DNA from: an uncultured Bacteroidales bacterium | GTDB lineage: Bacteria > Bacteroidota > Bacteroidia > Bacteroidales > Paludibacteraceae | Direction of reading: 5' to 3' | NCBI GenBank assembly: GCA_900320865.1 | Contig: ONTT01000006.1 | Coordinates: forward strand, 19,285-83,284 | DNA length: 64,000 nucleotides | Shown: in pieces, positions 50,427 to 60,626 of the stretch | How the letters are laid out: each line of letters starts with the position of its first letter | How positions within the stretch are numbered: position 1 is the stretch's first letter | The notes under the pieces: generated by a model | The model's database searches: none | Told to the model about the DNA's origin: nothing | The model's input: only the letters and a program-made list of their open reading frames with translations | Position numbers and translations under genes: made by a program

Positions 50427-50481
50427 CGGAGGCAATACGGATGCATCTCGGAGGCATCTCGGAGGCAATACGGAGGCATTA
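50427..50481. repeat. 11-bp tandem repeat (CGGAGGCAWHW)x5 between two GH16 genes
   Basis: CGGAGGCAATA CGGATGCATCT CGGAGGCATCT CGGAGGCAATA CGGAGGCATTA; ends on the stop of the upstream GH16. Confidence 0.9.
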
Positions 50482-52008
50482 CCTGTTAACGTTGTTATTA
50501 ACCGTCACCTCTTTTCCCATTATATCATACATCTTCTCTCCAAGGCGGATCAACAACTGCCCGTTGCGAAGCACCTTCTCTCCCTCCCTTGAGGGGAGGG
50601 TCGGGGAGAGGTTGTTCTCTGTTCTCTCCGGTTCTATGGGGTCGGAGGCCGAGGGGCAATGGAACGACTCGCCTTCATCTCCGCGCTGATAGATACGTAT
50701 CCAGTCGATATACATCGACCGCGGTCCGCCAGCCAAGGCCGTAATGCTGTTGATGTTGTAGATGCCCGTAAAAACGCCACCTATCGCAAGATTCGCGATG
50801 ATGAAGTTCGGTTTGCCGAAAATCACTTGCCGGTTGTAGTTCGGGTCATCGTTCGGTTTCAGGTCCGCAAGGAAATACGCTCCTTTATTCGGATACGCAT
50901 CTTTGTCCATGTACATGTCGATCGAGGTCGGCGTCCAGATCATCGTCACGATGTGGAAGGTGTCCTCCACCGAGTAATCCCAGGTAACGCTATTGGCTTC
51001 GCTCCATACGGCATCCCAGCGGGCACCGACGTGCATGGCACCGTTGAAATAGCGATCCTGGACATTGGTCCTAAAGGCGTTCTGATGGCCTAACTCGATA
51101 AGATCGGTCTCGCCACAACGGGGCCAACCCACCTCATCGAAGTTATTGCCCATCTGCCAGAACGCGGGCCACAAACCGTTGGCGGTCTGAGGGAAGCGGA
51201 TGCGTGCCTCAATCTTGCCGAACGTATAGTACATCTTGTTTTTCGTGTTCACACGGCCGGACGTACAACTCTTGCCGTTGTAATCTTCCTTGGTGGCGGT
51301 GAGGATGAGGCAGTGCTTGCCGGTCTGCGGCTCGACACCCAAGGTCACCCCTTTCTGGCAGTAGTACTGCAACTCGTTGTTACCGCCGCCGTCATCGCTC
51401 ACTTCGACATTCCATACCGCATCATCCAGCGAGACTTCCGTGAAGTCTTCGTTCCACACCAAGACGTATTCCCCCGATTCTCCTCCACACGCGTTAGCAG
51501 GCGTTGTCCGCGGTGTGGCATCGTTGGATAAGATGACATCATCGATATACACCACCGCATCCTCGGTTAATTCTTCCCGATCCGCCATGAAGAAAATAAA
51601 ATCCACTTGCGCCTTATCGCTGATATCGAATACCACATCCTGCCATGTATTGGCTACGATACTCGTCATCGGCGCAATATCGAGGTTCGTTCCATTGTCC
51701 GTCACCTTCAGGTTCGGTTTGTGGCTGTTATTGCGATACATGAGCGCGTGCACGTATTTATAACCCGTCACGGCTTGCGGCAATGTATAAATAGCCCCTG
51801 ACCAGTTATCACACTCAGGTGCACGAACAATCTGCAGACATCTGCAACTGAGGTTCAAACCCGTCTGATACGGGTTATCTACGATCGCCGATGAACACGA
51901 TATATTATCCCATTGCCGGGGATTCTTATCAAACGAATCGATATCCACCTGCGCCATAGCACTCACCGCCAGACATAATATGGTCAAAAGAGAGAAAAGA
52001 TGCTTCAT
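50479..52008 (-). CDS. GH16 beta-glucanase with an N-terminal CBM-like domain and a C-terminal tag
   Basis: WNEDFT, NNELQYY, catalytic GETDLIEL. SPI signal peptide; ~170-aa N-terminal beta-sandwich; C-terminal KVLRNGQLLIRLGEKMYDIMGKEV. Confidence 0.85.
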   Translation of the reverse strand: MKHLFSLLTILCLAVSAMAQVDIDSFDKNPRQWDNISCSSAIVDNPYQTGLNLSCRCLQIVRAPECDNWSGAIYTLPQAVTGYKYVHALMYRNNSHKPNLKVTDNGTNLDIAPMTSIVANTWQDVVFDISDKAQVDFIFFMADREELTEDAVVYIDDVILSNDATPRTTPANACGGESGEYVLVWNEDFTEVSLDDAVWNVEVSDDGGGNNELQYYCQKGVTLGVEPQTGKHCLILTATKEDYNGKSCTSGRVNTKNKMYYTFGKIEARIRFPQTANGLWPAFWQMGNNFDEVGWPRCGETDLIELGHQNAFRTNVQDRYFNGAMHVGARWDAVWSEANSVTWDYSVEDTFHIVTMIWTPTSIDMYMDKDAYPNKGAYFLADLKPNDDPNYNRQVIFGKPNFIIANLAIGGVFTGIYNINSITALAGGPRSMYIDWIRIYQRGDEGESFHCPSASDPIEPERTENNLSPTLPSREGEKVLRNGQLLIRLGEKMYDIMGKEVTVNNNVNR

Positions 52009-52022
52009 AGAATTATATGTCT

Positions 52023-53297
52023 TTACTTTAAACTAAATGCAGAAAACAACATACTGCCGGACAACCATTCCAACTTCACTTTATGCATCCCGCTTACCGG
52101 TTGTTGGGCCTCAGCCAAAGGACACGAAGTCGTTGCCCAGTTATCCATACCTCCGGTACGGGCTATCGTAGTGGTCACCACTTCATTTCCATCCACGTAC
52201 ACGCGAAGCATGGCATCCGTATAACCGGCCGTTCGGATATGAAAAGCGGTTGCTTGGTTCTGGAGGCATACCCGGTACTCCTGCGTCATACCCGCTCCGA
52301 TATTTTTAATCATCAATGGCAACTCCAAGGCCTCCACTTGCGCATCGGTATTGGGTCGGACGTTCGGAGCCGTACCTTCCGCCGCACAATAACTTCCGGC
52401 CGGAATCCACTCCGTCGTCAGATAGGTCTGCGTATCATAACTCGAGAAACCGCAATACACTTTCCCGGCATCCGTCAGTTCACCCGGCACCTCATTGGTA
52501 ATGAGTTGCATATGCGGGTCGTTGTTCTTATTCGTATAGCGCGGAATAAACCATGCGTACCGCTCCACCAACGGCTCATTCTCCATGTAATGCAACACCG
52601 TACACATATAGTCCATCTGCACCTCTGCCGATGCCGGTAGCGGATCCCATGCGCAGAACTCTGTCACCCATACCGGTTTGCCATACTTGCGGAATCGTTC
52701 CATATACGATTGCACCGCACTGGGCGAAGCCATGTAACTATGCACCGAGATGGCGTACACATCGTTGATATCTACGTTCGGTTGGGCAAAGAACTCATCC
52801 AGCCATTTAATCGGATCGCTGTAACCCGCTAAGGTACCGTAGTTCATCGCCGGAGAAACCAACTTCAGGTTCAGTTCCTTTGCCAGTGCTACCACCGGAG
52901 ACCATAACTCAGCAGCTTTTGCTGGCGTCATGTTCGCCTGATCCGTTAAGTTCGGTTCATTGAACGCCAACAGATACTTTGTCTTCGGATGCGCCGCCAC
53001 ATAAGCTCGAATTTTATCCGTGCTATAGTTGCCATTCCAGCACATGGGGCAGTAATCAATCTCATTGGCGTCGAACCACAAGGCCGCATTCTCATTCGTG
53101 TTGTTTCCCCAGTTATAATCCCATGTGATATACGGGCTTAATAAAGGCAGGTCCGATACATAATTGAAATTGAACGCCACGCCTCGTTTTGCAGAACGCG
53201 CCATATGCGCTCCTGTTTTCTGAACCGTAGGCTCACTCGGACTACATGCTACCAACGCGGCGCATGCCAACCATCCTATAATCTTATTCCACTTCAT
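52023..53297 (-). CDS. Clan GH-A beta-1,3-glucanase-like enzyme (GH158/GH128-like TIM barrel plus C-terminal beta-sandwich), lipoprotein
   Basis: LLAFNEPN (acid/base) and PVWVTEFCAW (nucleophile); lipobox LVACS. Context: laminarin PUL. Confidence 0.6.
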   Translation of the reverse strand: MKWNKIIGWLACAALVACSPSEPTVQKTGAHMARSAKRGVAFNFNYVSDLPLLSPYITWDYNWGNNTNENAALWFDANEIDYCPMCWNGNYSTDKIRAYVAAHPKTKYLLAFNEPNLTDQANMTPAKAAELWSPVVALAKELNLKLVSPAMNYGTLAGYSDPIKWLDEFFAQPNVDINDVYAISVHSYMASPSAVQSYMERFRKYGKPVWVTEFCAWDPLPASAEVQMDYMCTVLHYMENEPLVERYAWFIPRYTNKNNDPHMQLITNEVPGELTDAGKVYCGFSSYDTQTYLTTEWIPAGSYCAAEGTAPNVRPNTDAQVEALELPLMIKNIGAGMTQEYRVCLQNQATAFHIRTAGYTDAMLRVYVDGNEVVTTTIARTGGMDNWATTSCPLAEAQQPVSGMHKVKLEWLSGSMLFSAFSLK

Positions 53298-54549
53298 CGC
53301 GTTGATATACTCGAACCCAATCTACTTTCATCAATAACGGGTTATTAAAGATAGCATCGTCGATATTGCCGCCAAGTGTTCCGCCTAAAGCCAGATTAAT
53401 AATGAAATAGTTCGGACGGTTAAACGGCCAATACTCGTCGTTGTCTATCACCTCTTCTATTTGCTCCGAATAAACGATGTCATCCACATAGAAGCGAATC
53501 ACATCCTTTCCGTTCTTTTCCTCACATGTCCACTCGCATCCATATACGTGGAAATTGTTCTCAATATTCTCAATTCCTGTATAGGCTCGACTACTGCGAC
53601 TACCGCTACGGTCCTTCACTGTATGCAGCGTTCCAAATATACGATTTGGTACACTTCCGGTATGCTCCATAATATCAATCTCGCCGCAATTAGGCCAGCT
53701 ACCACGATTGCCCAAGGTCCAGAAAGCAGGCCACGTACCCTGACCGGCCGGCAACGAGATACGTGCCTCTAACTTACCGTACGTAAACTCGCGTTTACCT
53801 TTCGAATAGATACGCGCCGAGGTATATTCGTTATTCTCGTATTGCTCCTTTCGACCTTCAATCACCAGACATCCGTCCTCTACGCGCAAATTCTCAGGAC
53901 GAGAGGTATAGTATTGCGCTTCCTGGTTACCCCAACCACCTCCGCCTATCTGCGGTGTCCAGTTCGATTCATCGAGCGCGTTACCGTCAAACTCATCGCT
54001 CCAAACCAGTTTATACTCACTCCATGTATGCTCCACGGCTACTAATGCAGTAACCGAACCTACGTTCGTCGCCAACGTAATAGTAGCATTGCCGGCTTTG
54101 TGCGCTGTTGCCAAACCCGTCTGATCTACGGATGCAATACTCTCATCGCTACTACTCCACGTCACATCCAGATCGTACGCGTTGCCGTATGAGAATTGGA
54201 AGGTCCCGCCCGGTTTTAGACTTACCACGGCCGGCGTGATACGTAAGGTAGCACCATCCGAACCCGTTACGAACACTTCGCATGTCGCAGCTTGTTTGCC
54301 GCTTTTGGCAGTAATAATTGTCTTACCAATCGCTTGCGCCGTAACTACGCCGTAATAAACGGTGGCTACATCCGGATTCGACGATGTCCACTCTACATTG
54401 GATGCCGAACCAACAATTTCAACCGTTTGCATATCACCCGGTTTTAGTTGCAATACATTGGGGCTTAACGTGAAGGAAGCACCATTCGGATCACAAGCTG
54501 CCAATAGGACTACTGCAGCCCAAAGAATCAGATTTCTGAGTTTACGCAT
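53284..54549 (-). CDS. GH16 beta-glucanase with two N-terminal Big_2-like Ig domains, lipoprotein
   Basis: WSDEFDG, NQEAQYY, catalytic GEIDIMEH. Two repeats of the type SSNPDVATV / SSDESIASV. Confidence 0.9.
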   Translation of the reverse strand: MRKLRNLILWAAVVLLAACDPNGASFTLSPNVLQLKPGDMQTVEIVGSASNVEWTSSNPDVATVYYGVVTAQAIGKTIITAKSGKQAATCEVFVTGSDGATLRITPAVVSLKPGGTFQFSYGNAYDLDVTWSSSDESIASVDQTGLATAHKAGNATITLATNVGSVTALVAVEHTWSEYKLVWSDEFDGNALDESNWTPQIGGGGWGNQEAQYYTSRPENLRVEDGCLVIEGRKEQYENNEYTSARIYSKGKREFTYGKLEARISLPAGQGTWPAFWTLGNRGSWPNCGEIDIMEHTGSVPNRIFGTLHTVKDRSGSRSSRAYTGIENIENNFHVYGCEWTCEEKNGKDVIRFYVDDIVYSEQIEEVIDNDEYWPFNRPNYFIINLALGGTLGGNIDDAIFNNPLLMKVDWVRVYQRDEVE

Positions 54550-54613
54550 AGTAAAAATGTTTTAATAGAGCAATGGGGGAAAACCAATTCCCCCAAAGCA
54601 ATGTTAGATACAA

Positions 54614-55558
54614 TTAGTTCTTCTCGTAGAAGTAAACAGCATCAAGGTTGAGCTGAGCACCTACAGTTGCACCCGAGCGAATACAGAAAATATTCATACC
54701 AGATTTTACGATTGATCCGGCAATCTCTGCTGTGTATGCCGACAGAGGCACATCAAACTCATGCCATTCACCATCACGCTCAAAGTTTCCAATGATATTA
54801 CCCTTGTTATCAATCTTCTCTGTTCCAATGTTGAAGAATGCAGCATCATCAAATACAGAGAATTGATGTGTACCATCGTTAGCAGCCTTGATAGCAATGT
54901 GAAGGAAGTACTTATCAGGATTAGCGGTTACTGCCTCTTTAAGAACTTGAGCGGCTGCTACAGACTCTGTATTCGTAATACAGAAACCACCACCCGACCA
55001 ACCTGCCGGAGCAGCAACGGTCAATGCCATATATCCTTCCGTATTTCCAAAGAAGTTCTTTCCTGTACCGTCACCTGCGTTGTAGGTCTCGCCAGCAGCC
55101 CAGATATAAAGGAAGTTATCTACGTCATTTACACGGAAGTCACCTGCGATCAGGCTTGCATACTTCTCCGCTGTTACGCCATCCAGGATAACCGGCCAAA
55201 TACGTTTTGCCTCAATCTTCTTGTCACCACTCGGATCTTCACCCTTCTCTACGAGAACGACACAGGTCTTGGTCTCACCGTTAGCAGTTGCGGAGATAAT
55301 TGCATTACCTGCTGCTACGGCAGTAATAAGAGCGCTCTTACCGTCATTACCCGGAACTACGGTTGCTACAGCCTCGTTGTTCGAAGCCCAAGATACTACT
55401 GCTACATTTGCAGTAACAGTTGCGGTTTCAGCTACTTTCAGCGTTACCGAAGTCGGATCCAGTTTCAGCGCTTCGGGTTGCTCTTTTTGTTTGCAAGCAT
55501 TAAAGCCTACTAATGTCAGCGCTGCCAGCGCTACAGCAAAAAATTTGTTTGCTTTCAT
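54614..55558 (-). CDS. SusE/F-position surface glycan-binding lipoprotein (SGBP) with an N-terminal Big_2-like domain
   Basis: Lipobox GFNAC, SNNEAVATVVPG Ig-like motif. Located immediately downstream of susD. Confidence 0.6.
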   Translation of the reverse strand: MKANKFFAVALAALTLVGFNACKQKEQPEALKLDPTSVTLKVAETATVTANVAVVSWASNNEAVATVVPGNDGKSALITAVAAGNAIISATANGETKTCVVLVEKGEDPSGDKKIEAKRIWPVILDGVTAEKYASLIAGDFRVNDVDNFLYIWAAGETYNAGDGTGKNFFGNTEGYMALTVAAPAGWSGGGFCITNTESVAAAQVLKEAVTANPDKYFLHIAIKAANDGTHQFSVFDDAAFFNIGTEKIDNKGNIIGNFERDGEWHEFDVPLSAYTAEIAGSIVKSGMNIFCIRSGATVGAQLNLDAVYFYEKN

Positions 55559-55630
55559 AATGTTGAGTTTTTAAAAGGTTAATTAATCTAGTTTTACCTA
55601 GTTGAATATTATTGTTAATTATTCATTAAA

Positions 55631-57259
55631 TTAGTTGTATCCCGGATTTTGATCCATGTCGGGATTAAGGATACGCTCTTCATACGGGATAGGGAATATC
55701 TCGTGTTTGCCGGAGATGAACTCGCGCATGTGGCTCTGGGCGTCCGCTGTCTCGGTAGCCTTGTACGCATCCATGTGTTGTTTAAGTCCTGTGCCTGCTA
55801 CGCCTTTCCAGCGAACGAGGTCGAACCAGCGATGACCTTCCATCGCCAATTCGCAGCGACGCTCGTGGCGCAAAGCGGCATCATCAGCCACCGGTACACC
55901 GGCCAAGCCGACGCGGGCACGCACTCGGTCGATATCGTTCTTCGCCGTTCCTGCATCGCCCGTTCCCAGACAAGCCTCGGCATGCATCAGCAGCACATCC
56001 GCATAGCGGATCTGACGGTTGTTGAGCGGACCACGGCTCGCGTGGATACCCCATTGTCCGAAGCCTGCACCCGCATAAGTCGAGTCGCGATACATGGCGT
56101 ATTTGTTGTTCAGCAGTTTGTTGCCCAGATAATATTCTACCGCCGGTGTCTCGATGAGGCTATCCTCAGGGTTGAGAATCGCTACCTCACGACGAATATC
56201 GCCTGCCTCGAACTCATCGTACAGGTTCTGCGTCGGATGGTTGAAACCCCAACCGCCACCGATCTTACTCGAGCGGCTACGGGTCAGAATCTGCGTGAAG
56301 CTACCGGCAGTACGGCCAAAACCTTTCCAGTCATAGTCCCATGTGTAGTCGCCCCACGATACCTCTGCATACTGGATCTCAAAGACGGACTCAATACCAT
56401 TCTCGCCTTCAATAGTGAAGTTATCCTCATACTTCGGGCAGAGATCATATTCTCCGGAAGCAATGATAGAGTCACCCCAAGCCTTTGCATCCGCAAAGCA
56501 CTGCGCAGCCAACTTGCTGGGATTATAACTCTGCCAATACGGCGAACCCATAAAGAGGTTCACTTTCATCAACATAGCCTGCGCTGCACCTTTCGTTGCA
56601 CGACCTGCATCGGCAGGCAGATAGGCGCTTTTTACCCAGAGATACTTATTGGCCATCTCCAAATCAGCCAGTATCTGATCGTAGATCGTAGCTACCGAAG
56701 CACGCGGCATATGCCAATCATCCGTATTATCCACCACTTTCGTTACGAGAGGTACTCCGGCGAACACACGCAGCAGACGGAAATAATAGTATGCACGCAG
56801 ATAATAAGCCTCGCCCAACAGACGATTTTTCATCGATTGCGTAAAATCGGCATCGATGCCTACCGGCATATTCGTGATATACTTGATGGATAGGTTGCAA
56901 CGCGCGATACCTTGGAACTGCGCAATATAGAAGTCGTGCAGTAGCGTGCTATTCGACTCCGTACGCCAGTTCTCGAAATCGTATGCGTCCGCCATATCGG
57001 TTGTGCTACCGCCACCCTTCAGCGCATCGTCACTCGCGATATCGCCGATAAACCACTCGGAGCAATAGGTCGCGTTATACTCCCACATTAGTGGCACATA
57101 GCAACCTACCAAGTTCTCTTGAGCCGCAGCGGTAGAAGTGAAATAATCACTCAACAACGTCGTGCCCGGCTCAATCTCCGTCAAATAGTCTTTACATCCT
57201 GTCAGAGAGAGGACAGAACACAAGATACAAAGTACCGATAAATTTTTAATAGTCTTCAT
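55631..57259 (-). CDS. susD: SusD/RagB-family nutrient-binding lipoprotein
   Basis: Lipobox LSLTGCKD, TPR-like helices, RAYYYFRLLRVFAGVPL, C-terminal NPGYN. Follows susC by 16 nt. Confidence 0.9.
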   Translation of the reverse strand: MKTIKNLSVLCILCSVLSLTGCKDYLTEIEPGTTLLSDYFTSTAAAQENLVGCYVPLMWEYNATYCSEWFIGDIASDDALKGGGSTTDMADAYDFENWRTESNSTLLHDFYIAQFQGIARCNLSIKYITNMPVGIDADFTQSMKNRLLGEAYYLRAYYYFRLLRVFAGVPLVTKVVDNTDDWHMPRASVATIYDQILADLEMANKYLWVKSAYLPADAGRATKGAAQAMLMKVNLFMGSPYWQSYNPSKLAAQCFADAKAWGDSIIASGEYDLCPKYEDNFTIEGENGIESVFEIQYAEVSWGDYTWDYDWKGFGRTAGSFTQILTRSRSSKIGGGWGFNHPTQNLYDEFEAGDIRREVAILNPEDSLIETPAVEYYLGNKLLNNKYAMYRDSTYAGAGFGQWGIHASRGPLNNRQIRYADVLLMHAEACLGTGDAGTAKNDIDRVRARVGLAGVPVADDAALRHERRCELAMEGHRWFDLVRWKGVAGTGLKQHMDAYKATETADAQSHMREFISGKHEIFPIPYEERILNPDMDQNPGYN

Positions 57260-57275
57260 AATTATCCCCTTTCTT

Positions 57276-60200
57276 TTAGAAGTTAGCATTCAAACCAAAC
57301 GTAAACGTACGGCTCTGCGGATAGTTTCCGTAATCGATACTGTTACCTACCTCCGGATCATATCCCGAGTATTTGGTAATGGTGAACAGGTTCGATGCCG
57401 TTACATAGAAGCGCAGACGGTTGCAGTAGAATTTCTTCGTGATATGCTCCGGCAGCGTATAACCAATCTGCATATTCTTCAGACGCAAGTAGCTGGCATC
57501 CTCCAAGAAACGGGTAGAAGCAGCCATATTGGATGCCGAACCCAGCGGATTAGGAATGGTACCATTGCGGTTCTCAAAATCCATAGGATTGAGACCCTTG
57601 GCAATCATGGCATTATATACTCCTTCCGTATAACCAACCCATACCTGGTCCTTCATGTACGAAGCCAAGACATTGGAGGAACCGTCGCCCTCCAGACGCA
57701 TACGGGCGGCATTATATACATCGATTCCCGCTACGCCTTGGAAGAAGATCTGAATATCCACCCCGTAGAAATCGGCGGCGAGATTCAAACCGTAACTAAT
57801 CTTCGGGAACGGGTTACCGATATAATGCTGGTCATTATCATCGATCTTACCATCGTTGTTCAAGTCGGTATAACGCGCATCACCAGCATGTACCGGAATC
57901 GTCTTTGCGTCATAGGCCGTTAAATGAGCCAATGCTTCTGCATCGGACTGATATACACCTTCATACGTATAACCCCAGAAAGCGCGCAGCGGCAGTCCGT
58001 AGTCGGTCATTACATAGCCATCAGCCGGAAGACGTGAACCGCCATTCAATGCCGTCAACTCGTTATGCAAGTACGAGAAGTTACCTCCAATGCTGTAATG
58101 TACCGGGCCAACCTTATTCTCATGATTGAGCGTCAATTCCACACCCATGTTGCGGATGTTACCTACGTTACTAATCATCTTAACACGGTTACCCACGTGC
58201 GCAGGTGCTACCACATAAAGGAGTGCATCCTTCGTGTCGCGGCAGTAGAAGTCAAACGATCCGCTCAACTTTCCGTTCCAGAAACCAAAGTCAACACCGG
58301 CATCCCATTGCTCGTTCGTCTCCCATTTGCCGGACTCATTTACCTGAGTCAACACGGCCGCACCAGGAGTTGCCTCGCTGTTGTTATTACCCAGCGGATA
58401 ACCGGTATTCAGAGCATTTCCCTGATTCATCACGGCTACGAACGAACCCGACGGAACGGCTTCGTTACCTACTTGACCGAAGCCAGCACGAATCTTGATA
58501 TTATCCAACCAATCGAGATCTTTATCCTTGATAAAATGCTCTTCGCTCAAACGCCAAGCCAATGCCACCGAAGGGAAGAAGCCCCACGGGTTCTTGGTGA
58601 ACTTACTCGATGCATCCGCACGGAAGTTAACCGTAATCATATAGCGGCTGTCGTAGTTATAGAATGCACGACCGAGGAATGACAAACGGCGTACACGTGC
58701 CACCCAATCACCGGCCGGATCCTTGTCTGTTTTAGTGTTAAGCAGATACCAGTTACTCGGAATCGGATTAAGGATTGTAGCGCCCGAACCGCCTATACCG
58801 TATTGGTTCCATTCCTCCCAAGTCTGACCGGCCATCACGCTGAAGTTATGTTTACCGATTTGACGGGCATAGGTGATGGTCAACTCTTCCAGCAGCGATA
58901 ACTGGCGCTCCATATTGGACGAGAGGAAGTTCTTTTCCATATAGTTATAACTGGTGTATGTATTCGGCGCAGTATAGTTACGCTCACGAACAAGTTGATA
59001 GTTCGCAGAGATCGACGGACGAATCGTCAATCCCTCTACCGGCGTAATCTCAAAGAATATATCGCCTACCAAACGCTCCGTTTTCTTATTCGGCTCACCG
59101 TTATAAACCATCTGATAGGGGTTCGTCACGTTCTTGAAGTTCGAACCTGCGGAATAACGTCCGCTCAAATCTTCGCCCGCCGGATTCACGCTTCCCTGCG
59201 GATAATAAACCGGATCCCACGGCGCCATTGCCAAAGCAGCAGAGATAACGGATGCACCGGCAGAACTGCTATTGTTCATCGCGTTACGTCCCGTACTGGA
59301 CATCAACGAGAAATGCTCACCTATCTTCAACCATTTGCGTACTACGTAATCGCTATTCAAACGCAGCGTAAAACGTTTGTAGTTACTTCCAATAATCGTT
59401 CCTTCCTGACCATAGTACGAAGCCGACATCGCGTAGTGACCTTTTTCACTACCGCCGTCGAACGACAAGTTATAGCTATGCATAAATGCGTTAGCTTTGA
59501 ATACCTCGTCTTGCCAATCCGTCTCCTGATTTGCGTAATCGAAATTGGTCGGATAGAATACCGAACTACCTAATTTATAATCGCGCAACCACTGTGAAAA
59601 ACCGTATTTTTTATAATCGGATATCTGCGTAGCGCCATCACGCATCGCGCCGATGCGTAACTCTGTCTCGGCGAGATCTTTTGAGTTCATCACATCCAGC
59701 TTCTTCCAGCGATTCTGGAATCCCCAATACGCATCAAACGAGATGTTCACTTTGCCTTCGTTACCCGATTTGGTAGTAATCAAGATCACACCGTTCGCAC
59801 CACGGCTACCGTAGATAGCGGTGGCCGATGCGTCCTTCAGAATCTCCATTGATTTGATGTCGTTCGGCGACAACCACTTGATATCGCTTACAATCACTCC
59901 GTCTACCACATACAACGGGTCATTGCCGGCAAGAGCAGAACCGATACCGCGGATACGGATCACCGCCGCCTCGCCGGGCTGTCCCGACTCACTGACCACC
60001 GTCACACCGGCTGCGCGACCCTGAAGGGCCTGGTCCAAACCGGATACAGGAGCTTTGAGCAACTGGTCCGCACTCACACTCGTTACAGCACCGGTCAGAT
60101 CGCTCTTCTTCATCGTACCGTAACCGATCGCTACCACTTCCTGCAGCTGTACGTTGTCCGGCACGAGCGTCACGCGAATCGGCCCCGCGTTCGTCACCTT

Positions 60201-60443
60201 CACCTCCTGGGTCTTGTAACCCATAAAACTAACCTGCAGGACATCGCCCGCTTTGGCTTGTAACTCGAAATTACCATCAAAATCCGTGATTGTACCTACC
60301 GTGCTGCCTTTTACCATCACGTTCGCGCCAATCACAGGATCCGGCTCGTCCTGAGCCATCACCACGCCCGTCACAGTCATACTCTGCGCCCACATTCCAA
60401 GCGCCATAATGACCATAGCGGAGATTGTCAGAATTCGTTTCAT
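57276..60443 (-). CDS. susC: SusC-type TonB-dependent transporter
   Basis: Carboxypeptidase-regulatory-like N-domain (GANVMVKGSTVGTITDFDGNFEL), plug (DPLYVVDGV), 22-strand barrel ending FGLNANF. Confidence 0.95.
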   Translation of the reverse strand: MKRILTISAMVIMALGMWAQSMTVTGVVMAQDEPDPVIGANVMVKGSTVGTITDFDGNFELQAKAGDVLQVSFMGYKTQEVKVTNAGPIRVTLVPDNVQLQEVVAIGYGTMKKSDLTGAVTSVSADQLLKAPVSGLDQALQGRAAGVTVVSESGQPGEAAVIRIRGIGSALAGNDPLYVVDGVIVSDIKWLSPNDIKSMEILKDASATAIYGSRGANGVILITTKSGNEGKVNISFDAYWGFQNRWKKLDVMNSKDLAETELRIGAMRDGATQISDYKKYGFSQWLRDYKLGSSVFYPTNFDYANQETDWQDEVFKANAFMHSYNLSFDGGSEKGHYAMSASYYGQEGTIIGSNYKRFTLRLNSDYVVRKWLKIGEHFSLMSSTGRNAMNNSSSAGASVISAALAMAPWDPVYYPQGSVNPAGEDLSGRYSAGSNFKNVTNPYQMVYNGEPNKKTERLVGDIFFEITPVEGLTIRPSISANYQLVRERNYTAPNTYTSYNYMEKNFLSSNMERQLSLLEELTITYARQIGKHNFSVMAGQTWEEWNQYGIGGSGATILNPIPSNWYLLNTKTDKDPAGDWVARVRRLSFLGRAFYNYDSRYMITVNFRADASSKFTKNPWGFFPSVALAWRLSEEHFIKDKDLDWLDNIKIRAGFGQVGNEAVPSGSFVAVMNQGNALNTGYPLGNNNSEATPGAAVLTQVNESGKWETNEQWDAGVDFGFWNGKLSGSFDFYCRDTKDALLYVVAPAHVGNRVKMISNVGNIRNMGVELTLNHENKVGPVHYSIGGNFSYLHNELTALNGGSRLPADGYVMTDYGLPLRAFWGYTYEGVYQSDAEALAHLTAYDAKTIPVHAGDARYTDLNNDGKIDDNDQHYIGNPFPKISYGLNLAADFYGVDIQIFFQGVAGIDVYNAARMRLEGDGSSNVLASYMKDQVWVGYTEGVYNAMIAKGLNPMDFENRNGTIPNPLGSASNMAASTRFLEDASYLRLKNMQIGYTLPEHITKKFYCNRLRFYVTASNLFTITKYSGYDPEVGNSIDYGNYPQSRTFTFGLNANF

Positions 60444-60581
60444 TATTAGATTTGTTTGTTATTAGTTTTTATTGGGGTCCCCTAAAATTTTATATTTTGG
60501 GGGAGAGCGGAGGCAGGAGTTGCCTGTTGATTTAGCGGAGCGGTATCAACCCTTGCAAGCTCCTTGCCGAACGCGACTGAA

Positions 60582-60609
60582 GGTATGAGCCGACCCAACG
60601 GCTCATACC
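60582..60609 (-). other. Strong 11-bp hairpin between the first PUL gene and susC (attenuator/processing site candidate)
   Basis: GGTATGAGCCG ACCCAA CGGCTCATACC; no clear U-tract on the minus strand. Confidence 0.4.
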
Positions 60610-60626
60610 CGGAAATCTTTTGTACC

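Noticed and set aside
55649-56893. 414-aa plus-strand ORF antisense to susD
   Set aside because: It is a shadow ORF. The same reasoning applies to 10697..11563 (ftsK), 16133..17050 (rnfG/E), 54761..55513 (SGBP), 58065..58682 and 58995..59573 (susC), 43626..44183 (GH30), 52083..52640 (GH-A), 35487..36164 (sufC), 29053..29622 and 23910..24545.
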